Assembly: GCA_965261735.1 (NCBI GenBank)
Contig: OZ253470.1
Location: 4,384,001 to 4,448,000 of the forward strand
Reading direction: 5' to 3'
DNA: 64,000 bases
From: Alphaproteobacteria bacterium
GTDB taxonomy: Bacteria; Pseudomonadota; Alphaproteobacteria; SHVV01
This document shows, one piece after another, positions 51,607-61,921 of this stretch. The translations under genes and the position numbers were made by a program. The notes under the pieces are model-generated. The model made no database searches and was not told the origin of the DNA. It saw only the letters and a program-made list of their open reading frames with translations. How positions within the stretch are numbered: position 1 is the first letter of the stretch; the number at the start of each line of letters is the position of its first letter.

Positions 51607-52734
51607 CTAGCATAGGCTGATTAACTCCTTAGGCGCCGTACTGAAGACCTCGCAGCCGTCCTGCGTGACCGCCGTGATGTTCTCGATGCGCACGCCCCAG
51701 CGCCCCGGAATGTAGATACCCGGCTCGTTCGAGAACGTCATGCCCGGCTCGAGCGGCGTCTCATTGCCCTCGACGATGTAGGGGTGCTCGTGCGCGTCGA
51801 TGCCGATGCCGTGCCCCACCCGATGGATGAAGTAGGAGCCGTAGCCCGCATCCGCGATCACGCGTCGCGCGGCGCGATCGATCTCCTGGCAGCTTACGCC
51901 GGGGCGTATGGCGGCTTGCGCGGCCTCGTGCGCGGCCCGGTCGATATCGTAGATTTCGACGAAGGCCGGGTCCGGTTCTCCGGCCACCGGCGTGCGGCAC
52001 GTGTCGGCCCAATAGCCGTCGAGCGAGGCCGCGAAATCGATGACCACCGGATCGCCGGGCTCGACGACGCGATGCGACCAATGATGCAGCGGAGAGGCGC
52101 CGTTGGGGCCGCTGCCGACGTCGCACCAGCCGATCTCCTCCATCCCGTGTGCCGTCATGAGTTCGCGCAGCCTTGTCTGAATGTCGAACTCGGTGCGCCC
52201 GATGAGGGTGTCGGTGGTGCAGAACTCGCCCCATAGAGCGTCGAAGCGCCGCGTGGCCTCGCGCAAGCCCGCGATCTCGCTGTCGTCCTTGACGCGGCGC
52301 AGGCGCGACAGCACCTCGGCACCATCGCGATACTGCGCATCCGGCACAGCCTGCTGTAGGCGCAGTAGAAAGCCGCTCCACAGATGGTCGTTGACCGCCA
52401 GCGACCGTGCCCCGTGGCGTCGGGCGAGCTCGGCGACCAATGCGATCGGGTCCTGCGTCTCGTCCCAATCGATTACTTTCGCATCGATCGGCAGGCCGTC
52501 GAGCAATGGCCGCTGCAGCTTCGGGACGATCATGGTCGGCGGCCCCTCGACCGGGATCGCCAGGGCCGAGAGCCGCTCGGTCAGGGGCATGCGACGGCCA
52601 AGGAGGTAGAACTGGTCAGCCGAGGGGGCGATGATCAGGAGGTCGAGCTCGTGCTCCGCCATTACCATAGTGGTGCGTTCCAGGCGACCGGCGGCGACGG
52701 CGCGTTGGGCCTCGGTTGGCGTTGGCGCAGGCAT
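51607..52734 (-). CDS. M24 Xaa-Pro peptidase family
   Basis: IDF...YWADTCRT, HRVGHGIG..HE and NEPGIY...RIEN. Confidence 0.92.
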   Translation of the reverse strand: MPAPTPTEAQRAVAAGRLERTTMVMAEHELDLLIIAPSADQFYLLGRRMPLTERLSALAIPVEGPPTMIVPKLQRPLLDGLPIDAKVIDWDETQDPIALVAELARRHGARSLAVNDHLWSGFLLRLQQAVPDAQYRDGAEVLSRLRRVKDDSEIAGLREATRRFDALWGEFCTTDTLIGRTEFDIQTRLRELMTAHGMEEIGWCDVGSGPNGASPLHHWSHRVVEPGDPVVIDFAASLDGYWADTCRTPVAGEPDPAFVEIYDIDRAAHEAAQAAIRPGVSCQEIDRAARRVIADAGYGSYFIHRVGHGIGIDAHEHPYIVEGNETPLEPGMTFSNEPGIYIPGRWGVRIENITAVTQDGCEVFSTAPKELISLC

Positions 52735-52749
52735 CGGGCCCTCCCCGTC

Positions 52750-53592
52750 TTAGTTCGCGCGCGCCGTTGGCTGGACATAGCCGCGCGCGCGCCTCAGCAA
52801 ACCCAGCGAAATAAGGACCAACAGAGCGACGCCAATCAGGAAGGAGCTGACGGCTGCGATGGTTGGCTCGATCTCGAGAAGGACGCTATTCCAGATCCGG
52901 ACCGCAAGGGTTTGCGCATTGGGGCCGCCGAGGAAAAGCGGAATGATGAGCTCATCGAATGAGGTCAGGAATGCGAACAGGGCTCCTGACATAATGCCCG
53001 GCGCGATCATCGGCAGAGTGACGCGGCGAAACGCGGTGGCCGGTCCTGCACCTAGACTGATCGCGGCCTGCTCGATGCGCTCGTCGAACCCCTGCAGCGT
53101 CGCCGAGACGATGATGACCACGATCGGCAGGGCGACGATCGTGTGGCCGAGGGCAATGGCGAGGACCGTTCCGACAATGCCGAGCCGCGCGAAGAAGAAG
53201 AAGGTGCCAATCGCCGTGACGATGACTGGGACGATCATGGGCGAAAGGATCACCGCATAAATCAGCGTTTTGCCACGAAAGCGGCCGCGCACCAGCGATA
53301 GCGACGCGAGCAACCCGAGCACCGAGGTTAGCACCATTGACAGCGTGGCGACTTCGATACTAACCCAGACCGATTCCAGCCATTCGGGCCGGCTGAAGAA
53401 TCGCTCGTACCATTGCAGGGAGATGCCGGTGGGCGGGAAAGTGAGGTACTGCGCCGGGCTGAAGGACACCGGCACGATGACGAGAAGGGGCCCGATCAGG
53501 AACAGGATGCCGAGACCCGCGGCGAGGTAAAGAGCGAGCAGCTTGCCGGCACGCCGCCAGCTCTGGAGGAGATGGCCAACGAAGGCCATCAC
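52750..53592 (-). CDS. ABC permease (PotC-like)
   Basis: EQAAISLGA loop and SFDE motif. Confidence 0.92.
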   Translation of the reverse strand: MMAFVGHLLQSWRRAGKLLALYLAAGLGILFLIGPLLVIVPVSFSPAQYLTFPPTGISLQWYERFFSRPEWLESVWVSIEVATLSMVLTSVLGLLASLSLVRGRFRGKTLIYAVILSPMIVPVIVTAIGTFFFFARLGIVGTVLAIALGHTIVALPIVVIIVSATLQGFDERIEQAAISLGAGPATAFRRVTLPMIAPGIMSGALFAFLTSFDELIIPLFLGGPNAQTLAVRIWNSVLLEIEPTIAAVSSFLIGVALLVLISLGLLRRARGYVQPTARAN

Positions 53593-54497
53593 GCCCGGCT
53601 CTCGAACAGCGTGCGCAACCCGACCAGCCAGGCGTAGAGCCCGAACCCGACCAGCGTGATGATGAGCAGGATCGCGGCCAGGGCGGAAGCGAAGTTCCAG
53701 TTGAGCAGAAGGTCGACCTGGTAGTCGATGATCGTCGCCATCATCTGGTCTCGGTTGCCACCCATCAGGCGCGGCGTGATGTAGTAGCCGACGGCGAGGA
53801 TGAACACGAGCAGGCTGCCGCCGACGACGCCCGGCATCGAATGCGGCAACAGAATGCGCCGAAACACGTTCCAGTCACTGGCGCCCAGGCTATACGCCGC
53901 CCTGACCAGCTGAAAGTCGATACCCCGCATGACGCTGTAGAGCGTGAGCACCATGTAGGGGAGCAGCGTGTAGGTCATGCCGATGAGCACGCTGGTACGG
54001 TTGTAGAGAAGCTTCACCGGATCGATTCCGAGGCCACCCAGCATCTGATTGAGAAGCCCCTCGGGGCCGAGGATCACCATCCAGGCATAAGTGCGGACAA
54101 GAATGCTGGTGAAGAACGGAATCAGCACCATCGCCATCAGGATGGCCGCCGTGCGGCCCGACGCGGTCGCTAGGACGAAGGCCAGCGGATAGGCAATGAT
54201 GAGCGCGAGAACCGTCACCGAGCCGGCGATTTCGAACGTAATCAGCAGAACGCGCAAGTAGATGGAGCGGTTGAAGAAGCGGCCGTAATGTTCGAGGGTG
54301 AACCCCTGGTCGCTGTCAAAGCTGCGCATCAGGATGTCGATCATGGGGTAGGCGAAGAAGACGGCCAGGAACCCGAGTGCCGGCAACAGCAGCAGGATCA
54401 GTGTCCATCCGCGCGGGCCCTGCCGGGCCAGGTGCATCGGCAGGGCGAGCACATCTCCCTCGGCGAGCCCGTCGTGCACCTGGCGCTGCGTACTCAT
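53589..54497 (-). CDS. ABC permease (PotB-like)
   Basis: PFFTSILVRTYAW and RAAYSLGA. Confidence 0.92.
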   Translation of the reverse strand: MSTQRQVHDGLAEGDVLALPMHLARQGPRGWTLILLLLPALGFLAVFFAYPMIDILMRSFDSDQGFTLEHYGRFFNRSIYLRVLLITFEIAGSVTVLALIIAYPLAFVLATASGRTAAILMAMVLIPFFTSILVRTYAWMVILGPEGLLNQMLGGLGIDPVKLLYNRTSVLIGMTYTLLPYMVLTLYSVMRGIDFQLVRAAYSLGASDWNVFRRILLPHSMPGVVGGSLLVFILAVGYYITPRLMGGNRDQMMATIIDYQVDLLLNWNFASALAAILLIITLVGFGLYAWLVGLRTLFESRA

Positions 54498-54506
54498 GCG
54501 TCGGCT

Positions 54507-55682
54507 CTAGCCGCGTGAATCGGGCGCGAGGATTTTCGTGTACTCCGGCGCCCACGTCACCGTGACGGCGTCGCCAGCCGAAAAGCGCTGGGCGCCATCG
54601 CGCCGGTACTCCTTGACGACCAGTGTTTGGGCGAGGGTCGGCCGCGTCTCGCCGACCACCACCGCGTATTTGACGGCATCGCCGAGAAAGGTGACTTCGC
54701 TGACCCGCCCCTGCCATGAATTGCCGTCCGAGGGCGCTTCCCCATTCGTTAGCGCCAGTCGCTCCAAGTGCACCGATGCCCGGACTTGGTCGCCGTGCCG
54801 GGCATCGCCGCGGCGCAGCGCGCGAAAGACGCGACCCGCCGGATGCTGGACCACCACCGCGCGCTCGTCGATGTCGGTAACCGTACCTTCAAGCAAGTTG
54901 CTCTCGCCGACGAAGTTGGCCACGAACACGGTCAACGGCTCCTCGTACACCTGCTCCGGCGTGCCCGCCTGCTCGATCTTGCCATCACGCATGACGACGA
55001 TCTGATCGGACATCGTGAGCGCCTCTTCCTGGTCGTGGGTGACATACACCACGGTCACGTTCAGGCGCTGCTGTAGGTGCTTGATCTCGAGCTGAAGCGC
55101 GCTCCGCAGCTTCTTGTCGAGGGCGCCGAGCGGCTCGTCCATGAGCAGGACACGGGGCTCGAACACGATCGCCCGGGCGAGCGCGACGCGCTGCTGCTGC
55201 CCGCCGGAGAGTTGGCCCGGATAGCGGGCTTCCAGTCCGGTAAGCTCGACGATCTCCAGCACGCGCTTGACTCGCTCACGCACCTCGGCGCGCGTGCTGC
55301 GCCGCATCTGCAATGGGAACGCGACGTTCTCGAACACCGTCATGCGCGGGAACAGGGCGTAGTTCTGAAAGACCACGCCGAGATCGCGCTTTTGCGGCGG
55401 CAATTTGGTGATCGGACGTTCGTCGACGAAGATCTCGCCGCGGTCGGGCTGCGCGAACCCGGCCAGCATCATCAGGGTCGTCGTCTTGCCCGATCCGCTG
55501 GGACCGAGCAGCGTGCAGAATTCACCCGCCGCGATGGTCAGGTCGCAACCGGCAACCGCAATCGTGTCGCCGTAGGTTTTCCATAGGTCCGAAAGGCGAA
55601 TCGCCGCCCCTCCAACGGAGCCGGCACGCGGGGTGCCGGCGGGAGGAGGGGCGGCGATTTCCTCAGAAGCCGATCGAGCCAT
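54507..55682 (-). CDS. ABC ATPase (PotA-like)
   Basis: [16 protein letters not shown] and MDEP. Confidence 0.95.
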   Translation of the reverse strand: MARSASEEIAAPPPAGTPRAGSVGGAAIRLSDLWKTYGDTIAVAGCDLTIAAGEFCTLLGPSGSGKTTTLMMLAGFAQPDRGEIFVDERPITKLPPQKRDLGVVFQNYALFPRMTVFENVAFPLQMRRSTRAEVRERVKRVLEIVELTGLEARYPGQLSGGQQQRVALARAIVFEPRVLLMDEPLGALDKKLRSALQLEIKHLQQRLNVTVVYVTHDQEEALTMSDQIVVMRDGKIEQAGTPEQVYEEPLTVFVANFVGESNLLEGTVTDIDERAVVVQHPAGRVFRALRRGDARHGDQVRASVHLERLALTNGEAPSDGNSWQGRVSEVTFLGDAVKYAVVVGETRPTLAQTLVVKEYRRDGAQRFSAGDAVTVTWAPEYTKILAPDSRG

Positions 55683-55685
55683 GCG

Positions 55686-56795
55686 CTAGGTAAGTAGGAA
55701 CTCCTGCCAGCGCTCGAGCACTTCTGCCCTGTGCTCTACCCACCATGCGCCACTGTTGTCGAAGCCGATCTCGCGGTTTTTCGGTGCCGTTGGCAGGGTT
55801 GCCGCCACCTTCGCGTCGATGAAGTTGAAGGCTTTCTTGTTGGCGGGACTGAGCAGCACTTTCGGCAGGGTATTGGCTTGCGGCTCGGGGGAAAGCTCGA
55901 AATCGAGCAGACGGTATGCGTTGTCGAGATTCTTCGCGGACTTCAGAATGGCGCCCGCTTCGAGCATGCGCATACCCTCGTTCCACTCGATACCAAGAGG
56001 CGCACCCTTGTCGATCAGAACCTGCGCGCGGTTTGCCCACAGGCTCGTGGCCACGACCGTCTTCTCTGCGATCATAGACGCACCGAGCGCGCCGCTATCG
56101 AAAAACTTGGGGATGTGCGGCTTGATCTCGGTCAACTTCTTGAACGCGCGGTCGACGTCAATGGGGTACAGGTTGGCTCGGGACACGCCGTCGGCGAGTA
56201 GCGCGAACTCGAGATTGGGAGCGATCGCCTTGGCGTCCTGCAACGACCGCGGCCCCGGAAATGTGTCGATGTCCCAGAATTCCTTCCAACTGCCGGGATG
56301 CCGACTGGGGAACGCCTCCTTGTTGTAGACGAGCACCTCGGCGAACACAGAGTAGCCGAGATAGTAGTCGGTAACGGGCGTAATGTCGGCAAGGTCGGTG
56401 AACTCGAACTTCGACTTGTCGAGCTTCTCCAGCGCACCTTGATTGCGTAGCGTTATGGTCGCGGGCTCGTTGCCGGCGATCAGATCGAGACCGCCCTCAC
56501 CGGCTTGGACCATGGCCAGCATTTTCGCCGTGTTGGCGGCGACGGGAACAACCCGTATCCCGGTCTTCGCTTCGAAGACGGACCAAGTGCCTTTCTGAAG
56601 CGCGTCCTGGTACGATCCTCCGGACGTCCGTACGTAGACCTCTCCCCCCTTCTGGGCGCGCACGATGTTCGGGAACCCGAGCGCGGCGACTCCGGCGCCC
56701 ACCGCCAGACCCTTAAGGACCTTACGCCGGCCGTGGTCCTGGCTCGACGTGGCTCCCTCATGAGCGGCGATTCGCCCTTGTGAAACTTTCGTCAT
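55686..56795 (-). CDS. ABC substrate-binding protein (PotD-like) with Tat signal
   Basis: GRRKVLKG signal; EFALLADGV...DVDRAF. Confidence 0.9.
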   Translation of the reverse strand: MTKVSQGRIAAHEGATSSQDHGRRKVLKGLAVGAGVAALGFPNIVRAQKGGEVYVRTSGGSYQDALQKGTWSVFEAKTGIRVVPVAANTAKMLAMVQAGEGGLDLIAGNEPATITLRNQGALEKLDKSKFEFTDLADITPVTDYYLGYSVFAEVLVYNKEAFPSRHPGSWKEFWDIDTFPGPRSLQDAKAIAPNLEFALLADGVSRANLYPIDVDRAFKKLTEIKPHIPKFFDSGALGASMIAEKTVVATSLWANRAQVLIDKGAPLGIEWNEGMRMLEAGAILKSAKNLDNAYRLLDFELSPEPQANTLPKVLLSPANKKAFNFIDAKVAATLPTAPKNREIGFDNSGAWWVEHRAEVLERWQEFLLT

Positions 56796-56924
56796 TACCC
56801 TGTCTCCCTTTGATTGTTGTCCTCTGTCACGTGCGATACCGCCGCGCTCCCAGTCGTCGGCTCACGCGGTATCATCCCCCACAAATGCTCGACTACACCT
56901 TGGGCCGCGCCCGCGCCCCGGCAC

Positions 56925-58250
56925 TCAGGCCCGTGCCTGAACCGGCTGCTTCGTCGACGACAGCCCGAGGTCTTCCCAGGTGGGCGTCTTGTCGAACTTT
57001 TCGCCGTACTTGATCTTTGAGAATTGTTTGCCGCCATCGAGTATCCCGTCGGCGAGGAGGCGCATGAGTTGCGTGTCCCTGGTGTGCAGAGAGCTGGTCC
57101 GAATCTCGCGCCACATACGCTCGATGGGATGGAACTTGAAGAGCGCACGCGTGCCGCAAATCTCGAAGGCCTTCGTCGCGCCCGATATCGCGGCCAGCTT
57201 CGCGGTGTGGAGCGCGCGGATCGAGGCGAGCCCGGCTTCGTCGTAGCGGTGTTCACTCCAAAGCCAGATCGCGTACCACATCGAAGTGCGCACAGACTGC
57301 AGCGCAGCATCCATCTCCGCCAGAGCGAACATCAGCACGTCATCCTCGTTGAGGTAGGGCCGCTCGTGGATGAAGTCGACGACAAAATCGAGGATGCCTT
57401 CGGCGGCACCAAGCAGATGCGCCGTGTGTGACACTTCGTACGTGTGTGGATCCTTCTGCACGAAGTCACCGGGCTGGCCAATGACGTTTTCCCAGGGGAC
57501 GAAGACATCTTCGAGCTTCGCGCTCCAGCTCACCGAGCCCCGCAGGCCGGTGATCTCATCCCAGCCATTGTCGAAGAAGATGAGGCCTTTGCTGTCCTTG
57601 GGTATGATCGCCTGCGTCAGACCCTCGCCGTTGTTAGTCGTCCCGGGCGCGAGCGCCCACAGCAGCAGGTAGTCCGAGACCGGACCCATCGAGCAAAAGT
57701 GCTTGGTGCCGTTGGCCAGGAAGCCGCCTTCGACGGGCTTGAACTGGGACTCGAACACAAGCCGGGTTTGAACGTTCAATCCTTTGAGCTGCGCCGGATT
57801 CACCTCGCTTCCCAGCGACCCCGTAAGGGCGCCGTTGTCGACGACGTCGGCGAACACGCGGCTCTTCTGCTCGTCGCTCGCGAGCCGCGCCATGACGCCG
57901 ACCTGATGGAAGTGAATGAGGAGATTCCAGGACGTGGTCGGGCACGCACGGGCAAGCACCTGGGCTACCGTGTACTGCAACAGCCCGACATTGCCGGCTG
58001 GTCCCGCGTAGCCGCCATACTCTCTCGGGACGGCAAGCTTGTGAAATCCCTCGGCCTTGAGCTCCTCAAAGTTTTCGGCTGGGTAGGCTGCGGCCTCATC
58101 GTACTGGCGCGCCCGTTCGGCGAATTTCTTGGCCACGCGTTCCGTTTTTTCCACCCATGCCTGCTCTTCTTTACCGAGTGCGAAGTCCATAAACGAATCT
58201 CCGTGCGCGGGGAGCGGTCCCTCCAGCGCTATCAGGGGCCGCTCTTGCAT
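56925..58250 (-). CDS. Acyl-CoA dehydrogenase-fold flavin-dependent monooxygenase (start probably 58190)
   Basis: NGTKHFCSMG, GLRGSVS and IERMWREIRT..LH. Confidence 0.8.
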   Translation of the reverse strand: MQERPLIALEGPLPAHGDSFMDFALGKEEQAWVEKTERVAKKFAERARQYDEAAAYPAENFEELKAEGFHKLAVPREYGGYAGPAGNVGLLQYTVAQVLARACPTTSWNLLIHFHQVGVMARLASDEQKSRVFADVVDNGALTGSLGSEVNPAQLKGLNVQTRLVFESQFKPVEGGFLANGTKHFCSMGPVSDYLLLWALAPGTTNNGEGLTQAIIPKDSKGLIFFDNGWDEITGLRGSVSWSAKLEDVFVPWENVIGQPGDFVQKDPHTYEVSHTAHLLGAAEGILDFVVDFIHERPYLNEDDVLMFALAEMDAALQSVRTSMWYAIWLWSEHRYDEAGLASIRALHTAKLAAISGATKAFEICGTRALFKFHPIERMWREIRTSSLHTRDTQLMRLLADGILDGGKQFSKIKYGEKFDKTPTWEDLGLSSTKQPVQARA

Positions 58251-58326
58251 GCAGCATGCAGTGCATCGTATTCTCCGAGGGCGCCCGCGTCAAAGCTGTT
58301 CTTCAGAGCATCGAAAGTCGACCCGA

Positions 58327-58614
58327 ATGACCGCGTACTTCATAGCCGAAGTGACCGTTACCGACCCGGCCGGATACGACGCCTATAGGGTTCAGGTTCC
58401 GCCAACGATCGAAAAGTATGGTGGCCGTGTGGTGGCGCGCGCCGCCAACGTGACCCTCCTAGAAGGGTCGCAGGCGCCGGAGCGACTGGTGATCATCGAG
58501 TTCGACGATCTCGACGCGCTAAGGCGCTGGTATGACTCGCCCGAGGCGCAACCGTTGAATTCACTTCGCCAACGAGTTTCCAAGTCCCGTGCCATCGCCT
58601 TCGAAGGCGCCTGA
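58327..58614 (+). CDS. DUF1330-family protein
   Basis: YGGRVVAR...LEG...VIIEF...WYDSPE. Confidence 0.88.
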   Translation: MTAYFIAEVTVTDPAGYDAYRVQVPPTIEKYGGRVVARAANVTLLEGSQAPERLVIIEFDDLDALRRWYDSPEAQPLNSLRQRVSKSRAIAFEGA

Positions 58615-59200
58615 CGTGGGGTGGCGGCAAGCGGACGCGGTTTCGGCACTGCGGTTCGACGACGTGGGAAAGCCTCGACAGAGAGCGCGCACGAAGGTTG
58701 TCGAGCCACCATCGCCGGAGCCCCGCGTCCTTCGAGAGGCCTTAGGGTGCTTCGCCACGGGGGTTACCGTCATCACCTGCAGCGACGAAGCGTCGCGGCC
58801 CTGCGGCGTTACCGCGAACTCATTCAGCTCGGTCTCGCTCGAACCGCCGCTGATCCTGTTCAGCCTGGCACGGTCGCTCAATAGTATCGGCGCATTTCAA
58901 CGGGCGTCCCACTTTGCCGTCAACGTCCTGGGCACCCACCACAGAGACCTGTCCGAGCGATTCGCGACCGCGTTGAGCGACAAATGGCGGGGAGTGCCCC
59001 ATCGGCCGGGTATGCGGGGTTGCCCGATTCTCACAGACGCGCTAGCGGTACTCGAGTGTGAGGACTGGCACCAGTATGACGGCGGTGACCACGTGATCTT
59101 TGTATCCCGCGTGATGAGGGTCTCGTGGGATACGCGCCGCGAGCCGTTGCTCTTCTTCCGCGGGGCGTACACCTCCGCGGCGCTTCCTCGCCAGCGATAG
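58589..59200 (+). CDS. Flavin reductase (HpaC/DIM6-NTAB family)
   Basis: FATGVTVIT, SFSSVSLEPPL and GGDH. Confidence 0.92.
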   Translation: MPSPSKAPDVGWRQADAVSALRFDDVGKPRQRARTKVVEPPSPEPRVLREALGCFATGVTVITCSDEASRPCGVTANSFSSVSLEPPLILFSLARSLNSIGAFQRASHFAVNVLGTHHRDLSERFATALSDKWRGVPHRPGMRGCPILTDALAVLECEDWHQYDGGDHVIFVSRVMRVSWDTRREPLLFFRGAYTSAALPRQR

Positions 59201-59748
59201 CCGCTCCCGGCGGGCGCAGGCCCGCTCACCCACGAATCGGGTATTGTTCCGCCAAGTTGACCCCCCGATTCGGCGGCAGGACTTGAAGAGCTGTGGCGGC
59301 CAAATCGTGAGCGCGCGCCTCTACCCCTCAAATCAAGTCTGCTTTGTCATCCCAAACCTGACGAACCAGTGCGATGACCGAGATGACGGCTAGGGGTCAC
59401 AAGCCGACTCGGCGCTACCGATCTTGCTTGGTCCGATAAGAGCCGCTAAGCCGACGCGGCAGGTATTTTCGGGAAACCGGCTTCCGCCAATGTTTGCAAT
59501 CCGTATGCAAACGCCCCCGAGTTCGCTTTTGTTCTCGGCGCGCCTAGCTGCTAACCTCTTGAAAAAACGGGCGGATGGGGTGGCGAGCGCCTGCCGCGCG
59601 CCATCCCGCCACTCGGCATAGCCGGGGCGGCGGCAGGCTGACCGGGTTGCCATGGATGAATACCAACGCGGCAACGACGCCGAGCGGCGCACGTTAAACG
59701 GGGTGGGGAGCGGACGCAGGTCGGCGGAGGAGTTCAGCAAACTTACCA

Positions 59749-60020
59749 TTGTCCTTGACTGGGGTGGCCAAGCTGCTCGGCCACGCCCTGGTCGAGACCA
59801 CCGCGCGATATAGGCCTCTCTCGGACCAGTCGATATCCGACGCCGCCGACCGCGTGTCGGGCCGCATCCGGGCGGCCCTGGCCGGAAGCGGCGCGGGGCA
59901 GGAGGGGAGGAGCAGTCATGCCGACAATTGAGTTCACGCCACGCCGCGCCCGCGAGGCCCGGCCCGGCATGAAGGACACCATCCTGTTCGACCGCGCGCT
60001 GCCCTTCGGGCGCGTTTGAT
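59749..60020 (+). pseudogene. End of one integrase overlapping the start of the next
   Basis: VAKLLGHALVETTARY..., then MPTIEFTPRRAREARPGMKDTILFDRALP at 59918. Confidence 0.65.
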
Positions 60021-60084
60021 CGCGCCGTCTTGCGGGAAGTGCGGCTGCGGTAATGGCGAAGGAGACGAGCCGGATTAGATCAGC

Positions 60085-60360
60085 GGAACGATAAGCCGCA
60101 TCAGTTGGCTGGCAGTCAGCACGGTCATGCCAAACATGAGGTGGGCGAGAACCTTGTCGTATCCACGCACGCGGACATGGCGGCCGCCGAACGCATCCTT
60201 GAGCCGCCCATTGACCCGTTCGGACCCTCAACGCTCGACGTAGCGACCCTCTTCGGGAAAGACGAGAGCGAGCGTCCGCCGCGCCTTCTTCTCTCGCCTC
60301 AACGCCTCTTGCATGTCGACCGAGCTGCGGGGGTTTACGTCGATGATCGGCTTGTGGCCA
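60085..60360 (-). mobile_element. DDE transposase C-terminal remnant
   Basis: GHKPIIDVNPR...ERVNGRLKDAFGGRHVRVRG, with an internal stop. Confidence 0.6.
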
Positions 60361-60821
60361 CCGGACGCCGCCGGAACGAAGTGCTGAATCTGCGCTGGCG
60401 GAACGTCGGCGGCGACGCGTTGAACCTCGATGACTCCAAGACCGGCCCGCGCGCAGTGCCGCTCGGCGAAGCCGCGCGGGCGCACATCACTGCGCCTCCC
60501 GATGCTCGCGGCCCCGGCGCGTTCCTGTTCCCGCGCTACGCCGAAGGCCGGGGCGCCTACAACCTTGAAACTTGCTGGCGGACAGTTTGCGAAGACGCGA
60601 AGCTCGGGAGCCTTCGCCTGCACGACCTGCGGCATACCGCCCCTAGCCAGGCCATCATGGCGGGCGAGAGTCTGCCCCTGGTCGGCAAGCTGCTCGGGCA
60701 CCGGCGCCACCGCACAACGGCGGGCTACGCCCACCTTGCCGACGCGTATCTTGTCGAGGCGGCGGAAAAGGTCGGAAGCATCATCACCGAGGCGATGGAG
60801 TTAAAAGTCCGTTTGCGTTAG
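60360..60821 (+). pseudogene. Tyrosine integrase catalytic-domain fragment
   Basis: DSKTGPR, LHDLRH and LLGHRRHRTTAGYAHL. Confidence 0.8.
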
Positions 60822-60856
60822 CCTCGGTCATTCATTCTCATCCAGGCAAGAGGACC

Positions 60857-61382
60857 TTGGGGGTGGCGTCCGTAAGCATCACAAAGCCCTCAGCAGCTCA
60901 GCGGCAGATTGATGCGGCTATACGAATCCTGTTTTCGGGGGAAGACATTCTGGCCGTGCATACTGTTGTTGCGGCCGCACATCGTATTGTTTTGGATTTG
61001 GCGGAGAAGCGCAACTTGGCCCCCTATACTGAGTCCATTAGAACAACCATCGCTACCCTATATCGCCAACAGTTTGAGGAAACAATTCCGAACCACAAAT
61101 TGCAAAATTGGGCAGCACAATTCGAGAAAAAGTATTTTCGTCCATATTTGAACCGTCCTGCCAACTTCCTTAAGCACGCTGACCAAGATGCTGGCAAGGT
61201 ATTGGATCATGATAGACCGACACACTCTTGCTGGCCTCGTGCGTTAGGTATGCGGAACTCGGGCTAGGGTACACGCCCGAGATGAAAGCCTTTTTCCTAT
61301 GGCATCTCGCCGTTTATCCTCACGAAGATGGCGACGAGATTAAGACCGCTTCTGGTTACGTACATGACCTTTCACGTGCTCA
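60857..61382 (+). pseudogene. AT-rich hypothetical gene, frameshifted and cut by an IS1595 end
   Basis: AAQRQIDAAI...NRPANFLKHAD; frame shift near 61215. Confidence 0.45.
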
Positions 61383-61514
61383 TCGCTGGAACTCGGGTAG
61401 CGAATGCGGGAATGGGAGATCGGCGCGGTCGAGAACATCCATGGCGCGCTCCCCTATATCCGGTTTGCGCCCATTCTAGCCCTAGTGGGCGTGGGTGTAA
61501 ACCGGATAGGCAAG
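61383..61514 (-). mobile_element. Left-end stub of the IS1595 seen at 5081
   Basis: Reverse complement matches 5081-5119 joined to 6271-6363. Confidence 0.9.
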
Positions 61515-61921
61515 TTTCAATTGATGATGTTTACGTTAGTTTGATGGACGTAAAACTCGGTGAGTCGGACGAGAATGTCGCTCTGGCTGCAATGAATACC
61601 AAGCTGTCGTTTGTTGGTGCCGTTTTATTCGCTCTTTCAAATAGAACGGTGAGGATGATTTACGCAGTGCCCAGAGAATACAATCCGTTGTATTGCGAAG
61701 GCGTCGGTAAATCTATGCGTATTGACATCACCGCGCTGGTACGCGGGGCCAATACATGAAAGAGGGCGTTGATCGTTAGCCACAACATCGAGAATAACTC
61801 CTCCACAAACTACATGTATATAATCTCGACTTCATCTGGCGAGCCCTCATGTTGCTTTTCTCCCCGAGGTCTGTCAGCGTCCCAGACGTGTGATCGTACA
61901 CTTGGGAGCGTGCCGCCGCAG

